From Bacteroidota bacterium (GTDB lineage: Bacteria; Bacteroidota; Bacteroidia; UKL13-3): a DNA stretch of 64,000 bases. Below, piece by piece: positions 19,277 to 29,636 of the stretch. The notes below the pieces were generated by a model, which did not search any database, had not been told where the DNA came from, and saw only the letters and a list, made by a program, of their open reading frames with translations. Both the position numbers and the translations under genes were made by a program. The DNA lies in contig JANYDU010000027.1 in the NCBI GenBank assembly GCA_025359805.1, forward strand, positions 33,744-97,743, given 5' to 3'. Each line of letters starts with the position of its first letter. Position 1 is the first letter of the stretch.

Positions 19277-21445
19277 ATGAAAAAATATATTCTCGCTTGT
19301 TGCTTATCACTTGTTGCAATTATTTTAACATCACATACCAATCGTAAAAATGATGAAGGGATGTTTCCTTTATCAGAGTTAAAAAATATTGATTTACAAA
19401 AAGCAGGATTAAAAATTTCTCCGGAAGAATTATACAATACAAATGGAACAAGTTTGATTGATGCCATTGTTAGGGTAGGAGGGTGCACAGGTTCATTTTT
19501 ATCAAACGAAGGGCTAATTGTAACCAATCATCATTGTGCTTTTGGATTTGTGCAAGCCATCAGCACCACAAAAAATAATTATATAAAAGAAGGGTTTTTA
19601 GCCAAAAACAAATCAGAAGAATTACAAGCAAAAGGTTTGGTATGCAAAATCACAGCAAGCTATGCCGATGTTTCTGAAAAGGTTTTAAAAGGAACTCAAA
19701 ATACAACTGACCCCATTGAGCGATTAAAAATTATTGCTGATAATGTAAAGTCGATTACCAATGAGGAGAACAAAAATAATGCAGGCTTGCAATGTGAAAT
19801 TTCTGAAATGTTTACTGGAAGAACCTATGTTTTATTCAGGTATAAATTATTAAAAGATGTTCGTTTGGTATATGTGCCTGCACGCTCTATTGGCGAGTAT
19901 GGGGGAGAATTAGATAATTGGGTTTGGCCTCGCCACTCTGGTGATTTTTCTTTTTTACGAGCATACGTTGCACCCGATGGAAGTGCTGCAGATTATAGTC
20001 CAAACAATATTCCTTATAAGCCTGCCAAATTTTTAAAGGTAAATCCAAAAGGCGTTAACGAAAATGATTTTGTATTTATACTTGGTTATCCGGGTCGTAC
20101 TTTCCGTCATCAACCAGCAGCATTTTATAAATACCATGAGCAATACATGTTAAAATATATTAGCAATATATACGATTGGCAAATTGAAAAAATGGAAGAA
20201 ATGGGAAAAGGAAACGACAGCTTGCAAATAAAATATTCAGCAAAAATTAAAAGCTTAGCAAATGTTACTAAAAATTATAAAGGCAAGCTGCAAGGCTTTC
20301 GCAGAGCGGGTTTAACTCAGCAAAAATATTCGGATGAAAAAATGTTAAGCGATTTTATTAATGCGGATGTAAAATTAAAAGAGCAATATGGAAATGTAAT
20401 TCCTCGCATTAATTTTTTGTATGATGATATCATCAAATTTGCTCCACGTAATTTATGGATGGATCAAATTTATGCCATCGCTCCAATTTTTCAAACGGCA
20501 GGTATGATTGATAATTACAAAAACTCTTATAACCAATTGAAAACAGATGTAGAGAAAAAAGCATTTAAAGAAAAACAACAACCACGTATCAAAAATTCTT
20601 TTTATGCGCTTATTGCTAAATACGATTTAACCTTTGAAAAAGCGGCATTCAAAAAAATGATATTGGATGCACAACAATTTAGTAAAGATAATGAAGTGAA
20701 ATTTGTAACGGCTTTTATGAAAGGTGTAAAAGATGAAAATGCACTCACTAAAAAAATTGACGACCTATATAAAAAATCAACAATTAAAAACATATCCGAA
20801 ATTGGAAAATTGATGGAGGGTGATTTGGATAAGCTATTTAAATTAAAAGATCCCTTAATTATAGCATCGAATGAATTGAATACTGAGCTCAATTATTTTG
20901 ATGAAGAAGATCGTAAACGCGAGGGCGAATTAAGTTCGTTGATGTCGAAATATGTAGATGCAAAATCGGTGTGGAAGAGCCGCCAGTTTGTGCCAGATGC
21001 AAATGGGACATTACGTTTTACTTATGGCTCAGTAAAAGGATATTCGCCAAATGATGGTGATTATAATAAACCATTTACTACCCTCAAAGGAGTATTAGAA
21101 AAAGAAGATGGAAAAGATTATGAATTATTGGAAGTGATAAAAGAATTATATGCAGCCAGAGATTTTGGAGATTATATGCACCCGTCTTTAAATGATTTAC
21201 CAGTAAATATTTTGTATGATTTAGATACCACAGGAGGTAATAGTGGAAGCCCGGTTATGAATGCTTATGGCGAATTAATTGGAGTAAATTTTGATAGGGC
21301 ATTTACGGCTACCATAAATGATTATGCTTGGAATGAAAGTTATAGCCGATCAGTTGCCGTTGATATTAGATATGTGCTTTGGGTAACTCAAAAAGTGGCA
21401 AAGGCACAGTATATTGTTGATGAAATGACAATGGTTAGGCGGTAA
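19277..21445 (+). CDS. S46-family dipeptidyl-peptidase (DPP7/DPP11-like)
   Basis: Signal peptide from ATG 19277 (MKKYILACCL). Catalytic His in VTNHHCAF and Ser in TTGGNSGSPV. Confidence 0.92.
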   Translation: MKKYILACCLSLVAIILTSHTNRKNDEGMFPLSELKNIDLQKAGLKISPEELYNTNGTSLIDAIVRVGGCTGSFLSNEGLIVTNHHCAFGFVQAISTTKNNYIKEGFLAKNKSEELQAKGLVCKITASYADVSEKVLKGTQNTTDPIERLKIIADNVKSITNEENKNNAGLQCEISEMFTGRTYVLFRYKLLKDVRLVYVPARSIGEYGGELDNWVWPRHSGDFSFLRAYVAPDGSAADYSPNNIPYKPAKFLKVNPKGVNENDFVFILGYPGRTFRHQPAAFYKYHEQYMLKYISNIYDWQIEKMEEMGKGNDSLQIKYSAKIKSLANVTKNYKGKLQGFRRAGLTQQKYSDEKMLSDFINADVKLKEQYGNVIPRINFLYDDIIKFAPRNLWMDQIYAIAPIFQTAGMIDNYKNSYNQLKTDVEKKAFKEKQQPRIKNSFYALIAKYDLTFEKAAFKKMILDAQQFSKDNEVKFVTAFMKGVKDENALTKKIDDLYKKSTIKNISEIGKLMEGDLDKLFKLKDPLIIASNELNTELNYFDEEDRKREGELSSLMSKYVDAKSVWKSRQFVPDANGTLRFTYGSVKGYSPNDGDYNKPFTTLKGVLEKEDGKDYELLEVIKELYAARDFGDYMHPSLNDLPVNILYDLDTTGGNSGSPVMNAYGELIGVNFDRAFTATINDYAWNESYSRSVAVDIRYVLWVTQKVAKAQYIVDEMTMVRR

Positions 21446-21456
21446 ATATTGATTTG

Positions 21457-22179
21457 TTAAAATAAAAATCCAACAGTCATTCCAGCCCTTGCTCCATATC
21501 CACGTATATTTACATTATTCATGCTATGTGATATGTTTATTTCGGTGCTGGTGCCACTTAATAAAATATTATATACTGGTCCTCCAAAAACCTCTAAACT
21601 AATTTTATTTTTAAAGATAAACTGTTTTCCAATAGTAATTCCAATTCCCAAACTATTGTATGAGTTTGAAGTATTAGAATAAGTAGTTTGAGTGGTATAA
21701 TTTCCTTGATTATAAATTTCTGTTACATTTTTTTGCGTTTCATCATATTGCATAAATGTGTACTTTAAAAATGGGGCAATAAAAATTCCATCCATATATT
21801 CACCATCAAATAAATAACGATATTCGGGTGTAAAAAAGAATCCTCGTGATCGTTCACTAGTAACTGATGTATTAGTGTTTCCATTATAATAGGTATTCGT
21901 GTTCGAGCCAAATCCATAAAAATCCATGTACCCCATTCCTATTTGAAATGAACTTTCTTCATTTATATTTCTTTGATAAAATAACATGATTGTACTTACT
22001 ATGGGACTTAATAAATTAATTTTAATAATATTTTGTTTGGGAGGTTCTTTCCTAATTTTTTTTTCAGGTTTTACTACTTCATTTTGAGAAGTAGAATTTG
22101 TTGTTTTGGGTTTATACTCTACTTGAGCAAATGCCGATATTGACAAAATTAAAAATGTAAATAGAATAATTTTTTTCAT
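21457..22179 (-). CDS. Putative small outer-membrane beta-barrel protein (paralog A)
   Basis: Signal peptide. Shares IIKINLLSP and FTPEYRY with the neighbouring gene and ends in an aromatic residue (..GFLF). Confidence 0.7.
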   Translation of the reverse strand: MKKIILFTFLILSISAFAQVEYKPKTTNSTSQNEVVKPEKKIRKEPPKQNIIKINLLSPIVSTIMLFYQRNINEESSFQIGMGYMDFYGFGSNTNTYYNGNTNTSVTSERSRGFFFTPEYRYLFDGEYMDGIFIAPFLKYTFMQYDETQKNVTEIYNQGNYTTQTTYSNTSNSYNSLGIGITIGKQFIFKNKISLEVFGGPVYNILLSGTSTEINISHSMNNVNIRGYGARAGMTVGFLF

Positions 22180-22191
22180 AGTAATTTGAGT

Positions 22192-22755
22192 TTAAAAATA
22201 ATAGCCAAATGTAATTCCACTTCTAAACCAATACCCATTAAATGGACCGTAAAGATCTTTTGTTAAAATGGAGGGGGTGTCAAAAAAAGCTTTTGTATAT
22301 AAAGGTCCTGCATACATATCAAACGTAAATTTATCAGCCCAAATCCATTGTTTCCCAAATACAATTCCAGCAGCAATAGCGGTAAAACTTGAACCCGCTT
22401 TTTTATTAAAATTTTGATCTTCCCAATATCTTCCAAATCTCATATAGGGTTGAATATATAAGCCTCTTGGAGCTTCTTCAACCAAATAAAAACGGTACTC
22501 TGGTGTAAAACAAACTGCACCAACAGGAATTGGGTGTCCAAATATTATCCCCGAAAAATAATAAAATCCTAACTGAATGGATGATTCGCTATTTATTATT
22601 CTTTCATTTTGGATAGATAGCGTTCCCAAAAAAGGGCTTAATAAATTTATTTTTAAAATATTCTTCCTATCAATCTCTTTGTACTTATTTTGAGCATGCG
22701 AGGCAAAAAATATTGATATAAAACCGAGTAAGAGCAAAAATGATTTCAGATTCAT
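22192..22755 (-). CDS. Putative small outer-membrane beta-barrel protein (paralog B)
   Basis: The signal peptide starts at MNLKSFLLLLGF (ATG 22755). Contains ILKINLLSP and FTPEYRF and ends ..FGYYF. Confidence 0.7.
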   Translation of the reverse strand: MNLKSFLLLLGFISIFFASHAQNKYKEIDRKNILKINLLSPFLGTLSIQNERIINSESSIQLGFYYFSGIIFGHPIPVGAVCFTPEYRFYLVEEAPRGLYIQPYMRFGRYWEDQNFNKKAGSSFTAIAAGIVFGKQWIWADKFTFDMYAGPLYTKAFFDTPSILTKDLYGPFNGYWFRSGITFGYYF

Positions 22756-23073
22756 ATATAGCATACTAAACGTTGGGGAAGGTAATTTTAAAATCAAACT
22801 TAATCTTTTGAAGTTTACAAAAACAATAACTTTCCTGATGGTAAAACTAAGTTTATTTTTTCAAATTTTTTCAAAAACCAGATTTTTCAAAATTCAATTA
22901 ATGTATTTAATAGGTATACAAAAAACTTGCAGCACAAAAAAATATTTGCATTTTTTAAATTCATACTATACTTTTACATCATCAATAAAATTTAAAACTC
23001 CTAAACCAAACATAAACTTATAGACCAAACTCTACACTTTTTTTTCTAAGTTCAACTTAAACCATTTACAATT

Positions 23074-23652
23074 ATGAACCTGCAGAAAACGAGTGATCAA
23101 GAATTGATTCGTCTGTACATCAAGGGCAATGAAGCCAGTTTGGAAACCCTCATTAAACGCCATCAAAGGAACATTTACACCGCTATTTATTTAATGGTTC
23201 GTGATCGTTCATTGGCTGAGGATATTTTTCAAGAAACATTTATTAAAATTATTAACACCCTTCGTAGTGGCAGATACAACGAAGAAGGGAAATTTGGTCC
23301 TTGGGCTGCGCGTATTGGTAGAAATTTATCCATTGATTATCTCCGTAAGATGAAGCGCGATGTTACCGTTACAGATAGCCAAGGCAATGATATTTTTTCT
23401 TATTTGATTATTGCTGAAGAATCTGTTGAAGATAAAATTATGCGCAATCAATCAGAGCATCATGTTAAAGAACTAGTAAAACGTTTGCCAGAAGAACAAC
23501 GCCAAGTTTTAATTATGCGTCATTGGGGTGATATGAGTTTTAAAGAAATTGCCGACACTACGGGAGTGAGTATTAATACCGCTTTGGGAAGAATGCGATA
23601 TGCTTTAAATAATATCAGAAAGATGATGGAGCAACAACAGGTTAAATTTTAA
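23074..23652 (+). CDS. ECF-type RNA polymerase sigma-70 family factor
   Basis: Region 2 (DIFQETFIKI) and region 4 HTH (QRQVLIMRHWGDMSFKEIADTTGVSINTALGRMRYA). Confidence 0.93.
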   Translation: MNLQKTSDQELIRLYIKGNEASLETLIKRHQRNIYTAIYLMVRDRSLAEDIFQETFIKIINTLRSGRYNEEGKFGPWAARIGRNLSIDYLRKMKRDVTVTDSQGNDIFSYLIIAEESVEDKIMRNQSEHHVKELVKRLPEEQRQVLIMRHWGDMSFKEIADTTGVSINTALGRMRYALNNIRKMMEQQQVKF

Positions 23653-23712
23653 ACCCCTCATTTTCATTTAGTAGCTTTTATTTTTAGGTTGATTACAATA
23701 AGTGGTATAACA

Positions 23713-23749
23713 AGGCGTTTTTAGAGATATAAATTCTTTAAAAACGCCT
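23713..23749 (+). promoter_or_regulatory. Perfect 11-bp stem hairpin that ends on the nucleotide before the next start codon
   Basis: AGGCGTTTTTA (23713-23723) pairs with TAAAAACGCCT (23739-23749) across a 15-nt loop. The ATG is at 23750 and no U-run follows. Confidence 0.6.
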
Positions 23750-23983
23750 ATGCGCAAAATATACACTAACGATCTTATTAGATTTATTTACAACGAAACC
23801 ACAATTGAAGAAAGCAATCCCATTCGTCTTTCACTTCAATTGAATCCAATGCTTAAAGCCGAATATGAATTGCTGAAAGAATCTATCAATCAGCTTGATT
23901 CTATTTCTTTGTTACCACATCCATCTTCTATTAAAATTATTATGGAAGAGTCGTTTAAACAATCGGCTGAAATGGCTCATTAG
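23750..23983 (+). CDS. Small conserved-looking hypothetical protein downstream of the ECF sigma factor
   Basis: 77-aa ORF (MRKIYTNDLIRFIYNETT..) in the same orientation as the sigma gene. Confidence 0.6.
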   Translation: MRKIYTNDLIRFIYNETTIEESNPIRLSLQLNPMLKAEYELLKESINQLDSISLLPHPSSIKIIMEESFKQSAEMAH

Positions 23984-24114
23984 TTTTTGTGGTTTGAATA
24001 ATAATATCAAACATCAAATGATGAATAATGAGGTGTGCCTATGAGTTTGATATTCGACATTCTCATTGAAATATTTTTTTGAAAACAATACTTTTGAATT
24101 AGTATTGTTAACAA

Positions 24115-25305
24115 ATGATAGCATCCAAAAAAATTAAAGAAATAGCCAAGGCAATTCAACCAAATGTTATTGCCAACCGTAGGCATATTCATCAACACCC
24201 CGAACTTTCTTTTAACGAATTTGAAACGCAAAAATTTGTTGAAGAGCAACTCAAAACTATTGGAATTACTAATATAGTAAGGATGGCAAATACTGGAGTT
24301 GTTGCACTTATCAAAGGAAAAAATCCTGATAAAAAAACGATTGGTTTAAGAGGCGATATGGATGCGTTGCCAATTGATGAAAAAAATAAAACAGATTATA
24401 TTTCAAAAAATATTGGGGTGATGCACGCATGCGGACATGATGTACACACAAGTTCTTTGCTTGGAGCGGCAGCAATTTTGTTTCAATTAAAAGATGAATT
24501 TGAAGGAACAATAAAACTCATCTTTCAGCCTGGTGAAGAAAAATTACCTGGTGGTGCATCATTGTTAATTAAAGATGGAGTGCTCAAAAATCCTGAAGTA
24601 AAAAATATGATTGGTCAACATGTAATGCCTTTATTACCTGTTGGAAAAGTGGGCTTTAGAGAAGGTTTATATATGGCTTCAACAGATGAGTTGTATGTGA
24701 AGGTAATTGGCAAAGGTGGGCATGGAGCTATGCCTCAATTAAATATTGATCCGGTTTTGATTGCAGCACATATCATTACTTCACTGCAACAAATTGTGAG
24801 CAGAAATGCAAGCCCGATTATTCCTTCGGTTTTATCATTTGGAAAAGTAATTGCCAATGGAGCAACAAATGTAATTCCGAATGAAGTGTATATGGAAGGA
24901 ACTTTCAGAACTTTGGATGAAACATGGAGGAGTGAGGCACATATAAAAATGAAACGCATGGCCGAAATGATTGCTGAAAGTATGGGAGGAAAATGTGAGT
25001 TTGAAATACGAAAAGGTTATCCGTTTTTAAAAAATGATATTGAATTAACTAAACGTGCGAAAAAATATGCTATTGAATATTTAGGGGATGAAAATGTTGT
25101 TGATTTAGATATTTGGATGGCTGCCGAAGATTTTTCTTATTACTCGCAAGAATTGCCGGCTTGTTTTTACAGATTAGGAACAAGGAACGAAGAATGTGGA
25201 ATTACTTCATCAGTTCATACTCCAACTTTTGATATTGATGAAAATGCCTTAGAAATTGGAACGGGGTTAATGGCTTGGATTGCAATTAACGAATTGGCAT
25301 CATAA
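24115..25305 (+). CDS. M20-family amidohydrolase (N-acyl-amino-acid amidohydrolase-like)
   Basis: HQHPELSFNEFET, MHACGHDVH and FQPGEE motifs. Confidence 0.92.
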   Translation: MIASKKIKEIAKAIQPNVIANRRHIHQHPELSFNEFETQKFVEEQLKTIGITNIVRMANTGVVALIKGKNPDKKTIGLRGDMDALPIDEKNKTDYISKNIGVMHACGHDVHTSSLLGAAAILFQLKDEFEGTIKLIFQPGEEKLPGGASLLIKDGVLKNPEVKNMIGQHVMPLLPVGKVGFREGLYMASTDELYVKVIGKGGHGAMPQLNIDPVLIAAHIITSLQQIVSRNASPIIPSVLSFGKVIANGATNVIPNEVYMEGTFRTLDETWRSEAHIKMKRMAEMIAESMGGKCEFEIRKGYPFLKNDIELTKRAKKYAIEYLGDENVVDLDIWMAAEDFSYYSQELPACFYRLGTRNEECGITSSVHTPTFDIDENALEIGTGLMAWIAINELAS

Positions 25306-25359
25306 CATTTCATACAACTAAAATTCATTTCGCATTGACTAATACAAAAACTCAATGCT

Positions 25360-28017
25360 ATGAAAACTCAACTATTTTACATCGTTATTTTATCATTTTT
25401 TTCTTTTCAAATAAAAGCGCAATCAGCTTTATCCTCTTATACACTTCCATCAGGTACAAATTATTATGACAGAAGTCTAAAAGGTGATATGAAAGTAGAT
25501 TCATCTGGAAATTTATGGATTGCATTTACAGGTAGAAAAATTGGGAACAATCTTCATGTTTCTTCTATTGGACTTGCTCAATTCAATGGTTCAATATGGA
25601 CAACATACAATACAACAAATTCTGTAATGCCAACAAATTATCTCACATCATTAGAGTTTAATGGTAATGATTTATGGATAGGAACTAAAAATGGATTAGT
25701 AAAAAAAAATAATTCATCATGGAATATTTATAACAAATCAAATTCAGGAATTATTAGTGATTCAATAAATGATGTGAAAGTGAAAAATGGAATAGTTTGG
25801 ATTGCAACTGATAATGGAATTTCGAAATTTGATGGCACAACCTGGACAAATTACAATAAAAGTAATTCTACTATTTTTAATGATATAGTAACGTCAATTG
25901 ATGCGGATAATAATGGAAATATCTGGTGCGGAACTTCTATAGGCTTATCAAAACTAAATGGAGGAGTTTTTACCAATTATTTATCTGCAAACTCGAAGTT
26001 AAAGAAAGATTATATCAATACAGTTTTTGTTGATGCTAAAAATAGTGTTTGGATTGCAACAGATTCATCGGCACTAGGAAATGGTTATGTAGGAATTTAT
26101 AAAATAGTGAATGGAGTTATAACACCAATACAAGATATGGTTAATTATTGTTCTCAAATTAATTTACCCCAAACAAGTTATTCATTTTCATCTGATGCAA
26201 ATGGAAAAGTATATGTTCAAGGATTGGATAATACTAATATTTCAAATACATTTATGACAATTTCTGATATTAGCAAACAACCTATAAACTCTTATTCGTT
26301 AAAACAGTTTAATATACTGTATCAATCAAAGGGTGCATTTATTCAAACAGATAAAAATGGAATTATTTGGTTTGTGGGAAGGGAAGGATTTTATAGTGGA
26401 AAAGATAGCCTTTATAGGTTTAACCCAAGTTTATTTAAGGATGAAAAACCAAATACAGAATTACAATATTTAGATGTAAACAAGGTAAGCACACCAATGT
26501 TATCAAGAGGGGATATGTTTTGGGATTTAAATGCAGCTGGTTATGAAGTTCCAAAAGGCACATGTAAAAAAGCAATATTCGCCTCTGCGTTGTGGATAGG
26601 AGGAATTGTTAATGGCAACTTAAAATTAGCAGCACAAACGTATCGTCAAAATGGAAATGATTTTTGGCCTGGTCCGCTTTCAGTTAATAATGCATCAATT
26701 GATTCAACTACATCATCGAATTATAGTAAAAAATGGAAAATTAATCGTTGGCAAATTGATGATTTCAAATCGCACTATTCAAATCCAAACTACCAAATAT
26801 TAAATGATATTTTAACATGGCCTGCTCATGGAGATACTACTAAAGGTGAGGCTTGGAATCTAGCTCCATTTGTAAATATTGGAGGTTTACCAAACAAATA
26901 TGAGCCACAATTTGGAGATTATCCTCTTATTAAAGGAGATCAAATGTTGTATTGGATATTTAATGATCAAATGATACATGGCGAAACTAGAAGTTTACCT
27001 TTAGGCATTGAAGTTCACGCATCTGCTTATGCGTTTAAGTGTGATGATATAAATGACAATGATTCAAACACAGCAATTAATTACACCACGTTTTATCACT
27101 ACGACATTTTTAACAGAACCAATGTGGCAATTGATAGTTTAAAAATAGGGATGTGGACGGATGTTGATCTTGGAAATTATTCTGATGATTTTATTGGATG
27201 CAATCCAAAAGAAGGTTACGGATATGTTTATAATGGTGATTCAATTGATGAAGGATGGCAAGGCTATGGAGCAAATCCGCCAGCACTTGCTGTAGTTCAA
27301 TTACGGGGAACATCTTTATCGGGGATCAACCAAGGAATGAAAAATTTTATGTATTACGAAAATGATTTTACCCAACAAGGTAACCCTCAAAAACCAGAGG
27401 ATTATTGGGGATACTTAAACAGTAGATGGAAAGATGCTTCTCCAGTAACATATGGAGGCAATGGATATAGAGGAACTGATACTACAAGTTTTATGTATCC
27501 CGATATAAATGATTTATCAGGAAGAACAGAGTGGACTGAAAAATCAGCGGGAAATATTCCAGGAGATAGAAGGTTTATAATGGCAACAGGACCTGTTACA
27601 CTTTTATCAGGAGCAAAACAATCGGTTGATTATGCAATTGTATTTTCAAGAACTGGTTCATCTTCAATTCCAGTTTTACCAAAGTTAGACAGTGATGTAA
27701 AACGAGTTAAAAATTGGTTTAATACAAACGTATTTCCATCGTGTTTAAGTTTAAACGGATTAAATGAAGTGCATATAAATACCATTCAAAAACTTTCTGT
27801 TTATCCCAACCCTGCAAGCAATTTACTTACTCTACAATTTATTGCTAAAACAAAAAGTGTAAGCTACGAAGTATATGATTTAACTGGAAGAATAGTGTTG
27901 AAAGGAAATATTGATGAATCAAATATGATTTCTATTCAATCAATAAGTGAAGGATTATATATTATTAAATTAGTTGATGGAGCTCAAACATTTTTATCAA
28001 AATTTATGAAGCAATAA
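25360..28017 (+). CDS. Secreted protein with N-terminal two-component-regulator-type beta-propeller repeats and a T9SS C-terminal sorting domain
   Basis: Signal peptide and repeated blades (LWIGTKNGLVKKNNSSWNIY, VWIATDNGISKFDGTTWTNY, IWCGTSIGLSKLNGGVFTNY). CTD reads LSVYPNPASNLLTLQF..GLYIIKLV. Confidence 0.85.
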   Translation: MKTQLFYIVILSFFSFQIKAQSALSSYTLPSGTNYYDRSLKGDMKVDSSGNLWIAFTGRKIGNNLHVSSIGLAQFNGSIWTTYNTTNSVMPTNYLTSLEFNGNDLWIGTKNGLVKKNNSSWNIYNKSNSGIISDSINDVKVKNGIVWIATDNGISKFDGTTWTNYNKSNSTIFNDIVTSIDADNNGNIWCGTSIGLSKLNGGVFTNYLSANSKLKKDYINTVFVDAKNSVWIATDSSALGNGYVGIYKIVNGVITPIQDMVNYCSQINLPQTSYSFSSDANGKVYVQGLDNTNISNTFMTISDISKQPINSYSLKQFNILYQSKGAFIQTDKNGIIWFVGREGFYSGKDSLYRFNPSLFKDEKPNTELQYLDVNKVSTPMLSRGDMFWDLNAAGYEVPKGTCKKAIFASALWIGGIVNGNLKLAAQTYRQNGNDFWPGPLSVNNASIDSTTSSNYSKKWKINRWQIDDFKSHYSNPNYQILNDILTWPAHGDTTKGEAWNLAPFVNIGGLPNKYEPQFGDYPLIKGDQMLYWIFNDQMIHGETRSLPLGIEVHASAYAFKCDDINDNDSNTAINYTTFYHYDIFNRTNVAIDSLKIGMWTDVDLGNYSDDFIGCNPKEGYGYVYNGDSIDEGWQGYGANPPALAVVQLRGTSLSGINQGMKNFMYYENDFTQQGNPQKPEDYWGYLNSRWKDASPVTYGGNGYRGTDTTSFMYPDINDLSGRTEWTEKSAGNIPGDRRFIMATGPVTLLSGAKQSVDYAIVFSRTGSSSIPVLPKLDSDVKRVKNWFNTNVFPSCLSLNGLNEVHINTIQKLSVYPNPASNLLTLQFIAKTKSVSYEVYDLTGRIVLKGNIDESNMISIQSISEGLYIIKLVDGAQTFLSKFMKQ

Positions 28018-28021
28018 GTTA

Positions 28022-29554
28022 TTAATTATTCAAAATTTTAAACTCTACTCTTCTATTTAATTGTCGTCCTTCATCTGTATCGTTGCTGCCAATTGGTTTA
28101 GATTTTCCTACGCCTGTGCTCACTACACGAGTAGTTTTTATGCTTTGTGATTGTAAATAATTTTCAACGGAGAGTGCACGTTCAATAGATAATTTAAGGT
28201 TTATTTCTTCATCACCAACATCATCTGAATGGCCCGCAATTTGAATATTCATAGATGGATTTTCTTTCATGATTTTTACTAACCTATCTAACTCAGGAAA
28301 CGATTCTGTTTTTAAAGTAGATTTGCCCGAATCGAAAAAAATATTATTGAGTCTAACTATTTGCCCTGCTTCAATAGGAACTAGTAAAAGTGGTCTTCTA
28401 ATTTCTTTGTATTCTTCTTCTTTAGTTAAATCTACGTTTATGGAAATAGGAATAAATCCTTTTGCCTTTGCAGATATTCCATAATTTTTTCCGTAGGGAA
28501 GAATAATTTTATAATCACCATTTTTTGTTAAATAGTTTGATGTTCCCGCTTCTTTTCCACTTGGTAAAACTTCATAACTTATTTCTGCTTCAATCAATTC
28601 TTGTGTGTTTGCATTCATCACTTTTCCTGAAAGTAACACAACGGGTTTAGGTTTATTAATCTCTTTTGTTTTGATACGCACAATATCTGTTTTGCCAAAA
28701 GTATTTTGATTAGATATCATATAAGCCACATTTCCAGATGCAGGAATGGTATAATAACCTTCGGCACGTTCTGTATTTATTGGCTGTCCTAAATTAATAG
28801 GCGTACTCCATTTTTGCCAAGTATCATCCAAACGTTTACACATATAAATATCTTTTAATCCAAATCCTCCCGGTCTATCACTTGCAAAATAAAGTGTAAT
28901 TCCATCTGATGCCATAAAAGGTGTTGTTTCATCATACTCTGTGTTTATTGATGAAATAGCTGTTGGCTTACTCCATTTTTCATTCACCTCACGAAAGCTC
29001 ACATACAAATTATTTATTTTACTGTCTTCGTTTTCTGAAAAACTAAGCACAAGAATTTTGTTATTTGATAACAAGCATGCTGATGAATATTCTCCTCTAC
29101 AGAGTTTATCAAATTGTTTGATATTGATATATTTTGGATCGCTCCATTTATCACCATTACGTTCAATAAAAGAAAATCCAACTCCCCAATTTACCCCTTC
29201 GGAATAAGCACCACCAATCATCATTCTATTTCCATCGGTACTCACATTAAATAACGTGTTGTATTGAGAGCGATTTAAATCCGAACCTGCATGTATGGCT
29301 TCATTCCAAGTTCCATCATCACTTAGCTGCGCATACCAAATATCTTGAGTTAGTGTATCGCCTTTAAAATTTTGTGGATGATTGGAGCGAATAAAATATA
29401 CTGTTTTTCCATCTGCAGAAATAATAGGAGAAAGTTCAGCATATTTTGAATTAACCTTATCTCCAAGATTTTCAATTTCCAATTGTTGTGCATTTACAAA
29501 AAAGCAAAAGCACAAAAAAATGAACACAAAAAAATTATCTTTCATCATAAACAA
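28022..29554 (-). CDS. PD40 (TolB-like) propeller, CarboxypepD_reg-like and OmpA-C peptidoglycan-binding protein (paralog 2)
   Basis: Signal peptide, SPIISADGKTVYF-type PD40 repeats, and an OmpA C-terminal domain (NNIFFDSGKSTL..QIAGHSDDVGD..NRRVEFKI). Confidence 0.9.
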   Translation of the reverse strand: MFMMKDNFFVFIFLCFCFFVNAQQLEIENLGDKVNSKYAELSPIISADGKTVYFIRSNHPQNFKGDTLTQDIWYAQLSDDGTWNEAIHAGSDLNRSQYNTLFNVSTDGNRMMIGGAYSEGVNWGVGFSFIERNGDKWSDPKYINIKQFDKLCRGEYSSACLLSNNKILVLSFSENEDSKINNLYVSFREVNEKWSKPTAISSINTEYDETTPFMASDGITLYFASDRPGGFGLKDIYMCKRLDDTWQKWSTPINLGQPINTERAEGYYTIPASGNVAYMISNQNTFGKTDIVRIKTKEINKPKPVVLLSGKVMNANTQELIEAEISYEVLPSGKEAGTSNYLTKNGDYKIILPYGKNYGISAKAKGFIPISINVDLTKEEEYKEIRRPLLLVPIEAGQIVRLNNIFFDSGKSTLKTESFPELDRLVKIMKENPSMNIQIAGHSDDVGDEEINLKLSIERALSVENYLQSQSIKTTRVVSTGVGKSKPIGSNDTDEGRQLNRRVEFKILNN

Positions 29555-29636
29555 TGATACAAATTTTATTAAGGTTCAAATATTTTGAAAGCAAATAGTA
29601 CTCAACAACAAATTGTGAATGGAAATATTTTGACTA

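Noticed and set aside
22808-23023. 71-aa ORF in the spacer upstream of the ECF sigma gene, and the similar 67-aa ORF at 15887-16090
   Set aside because: Both lie in AT-rich promoter regions between divergent genes. Their translations are F/K/I/L-rich low-complexity sequences without motifs.
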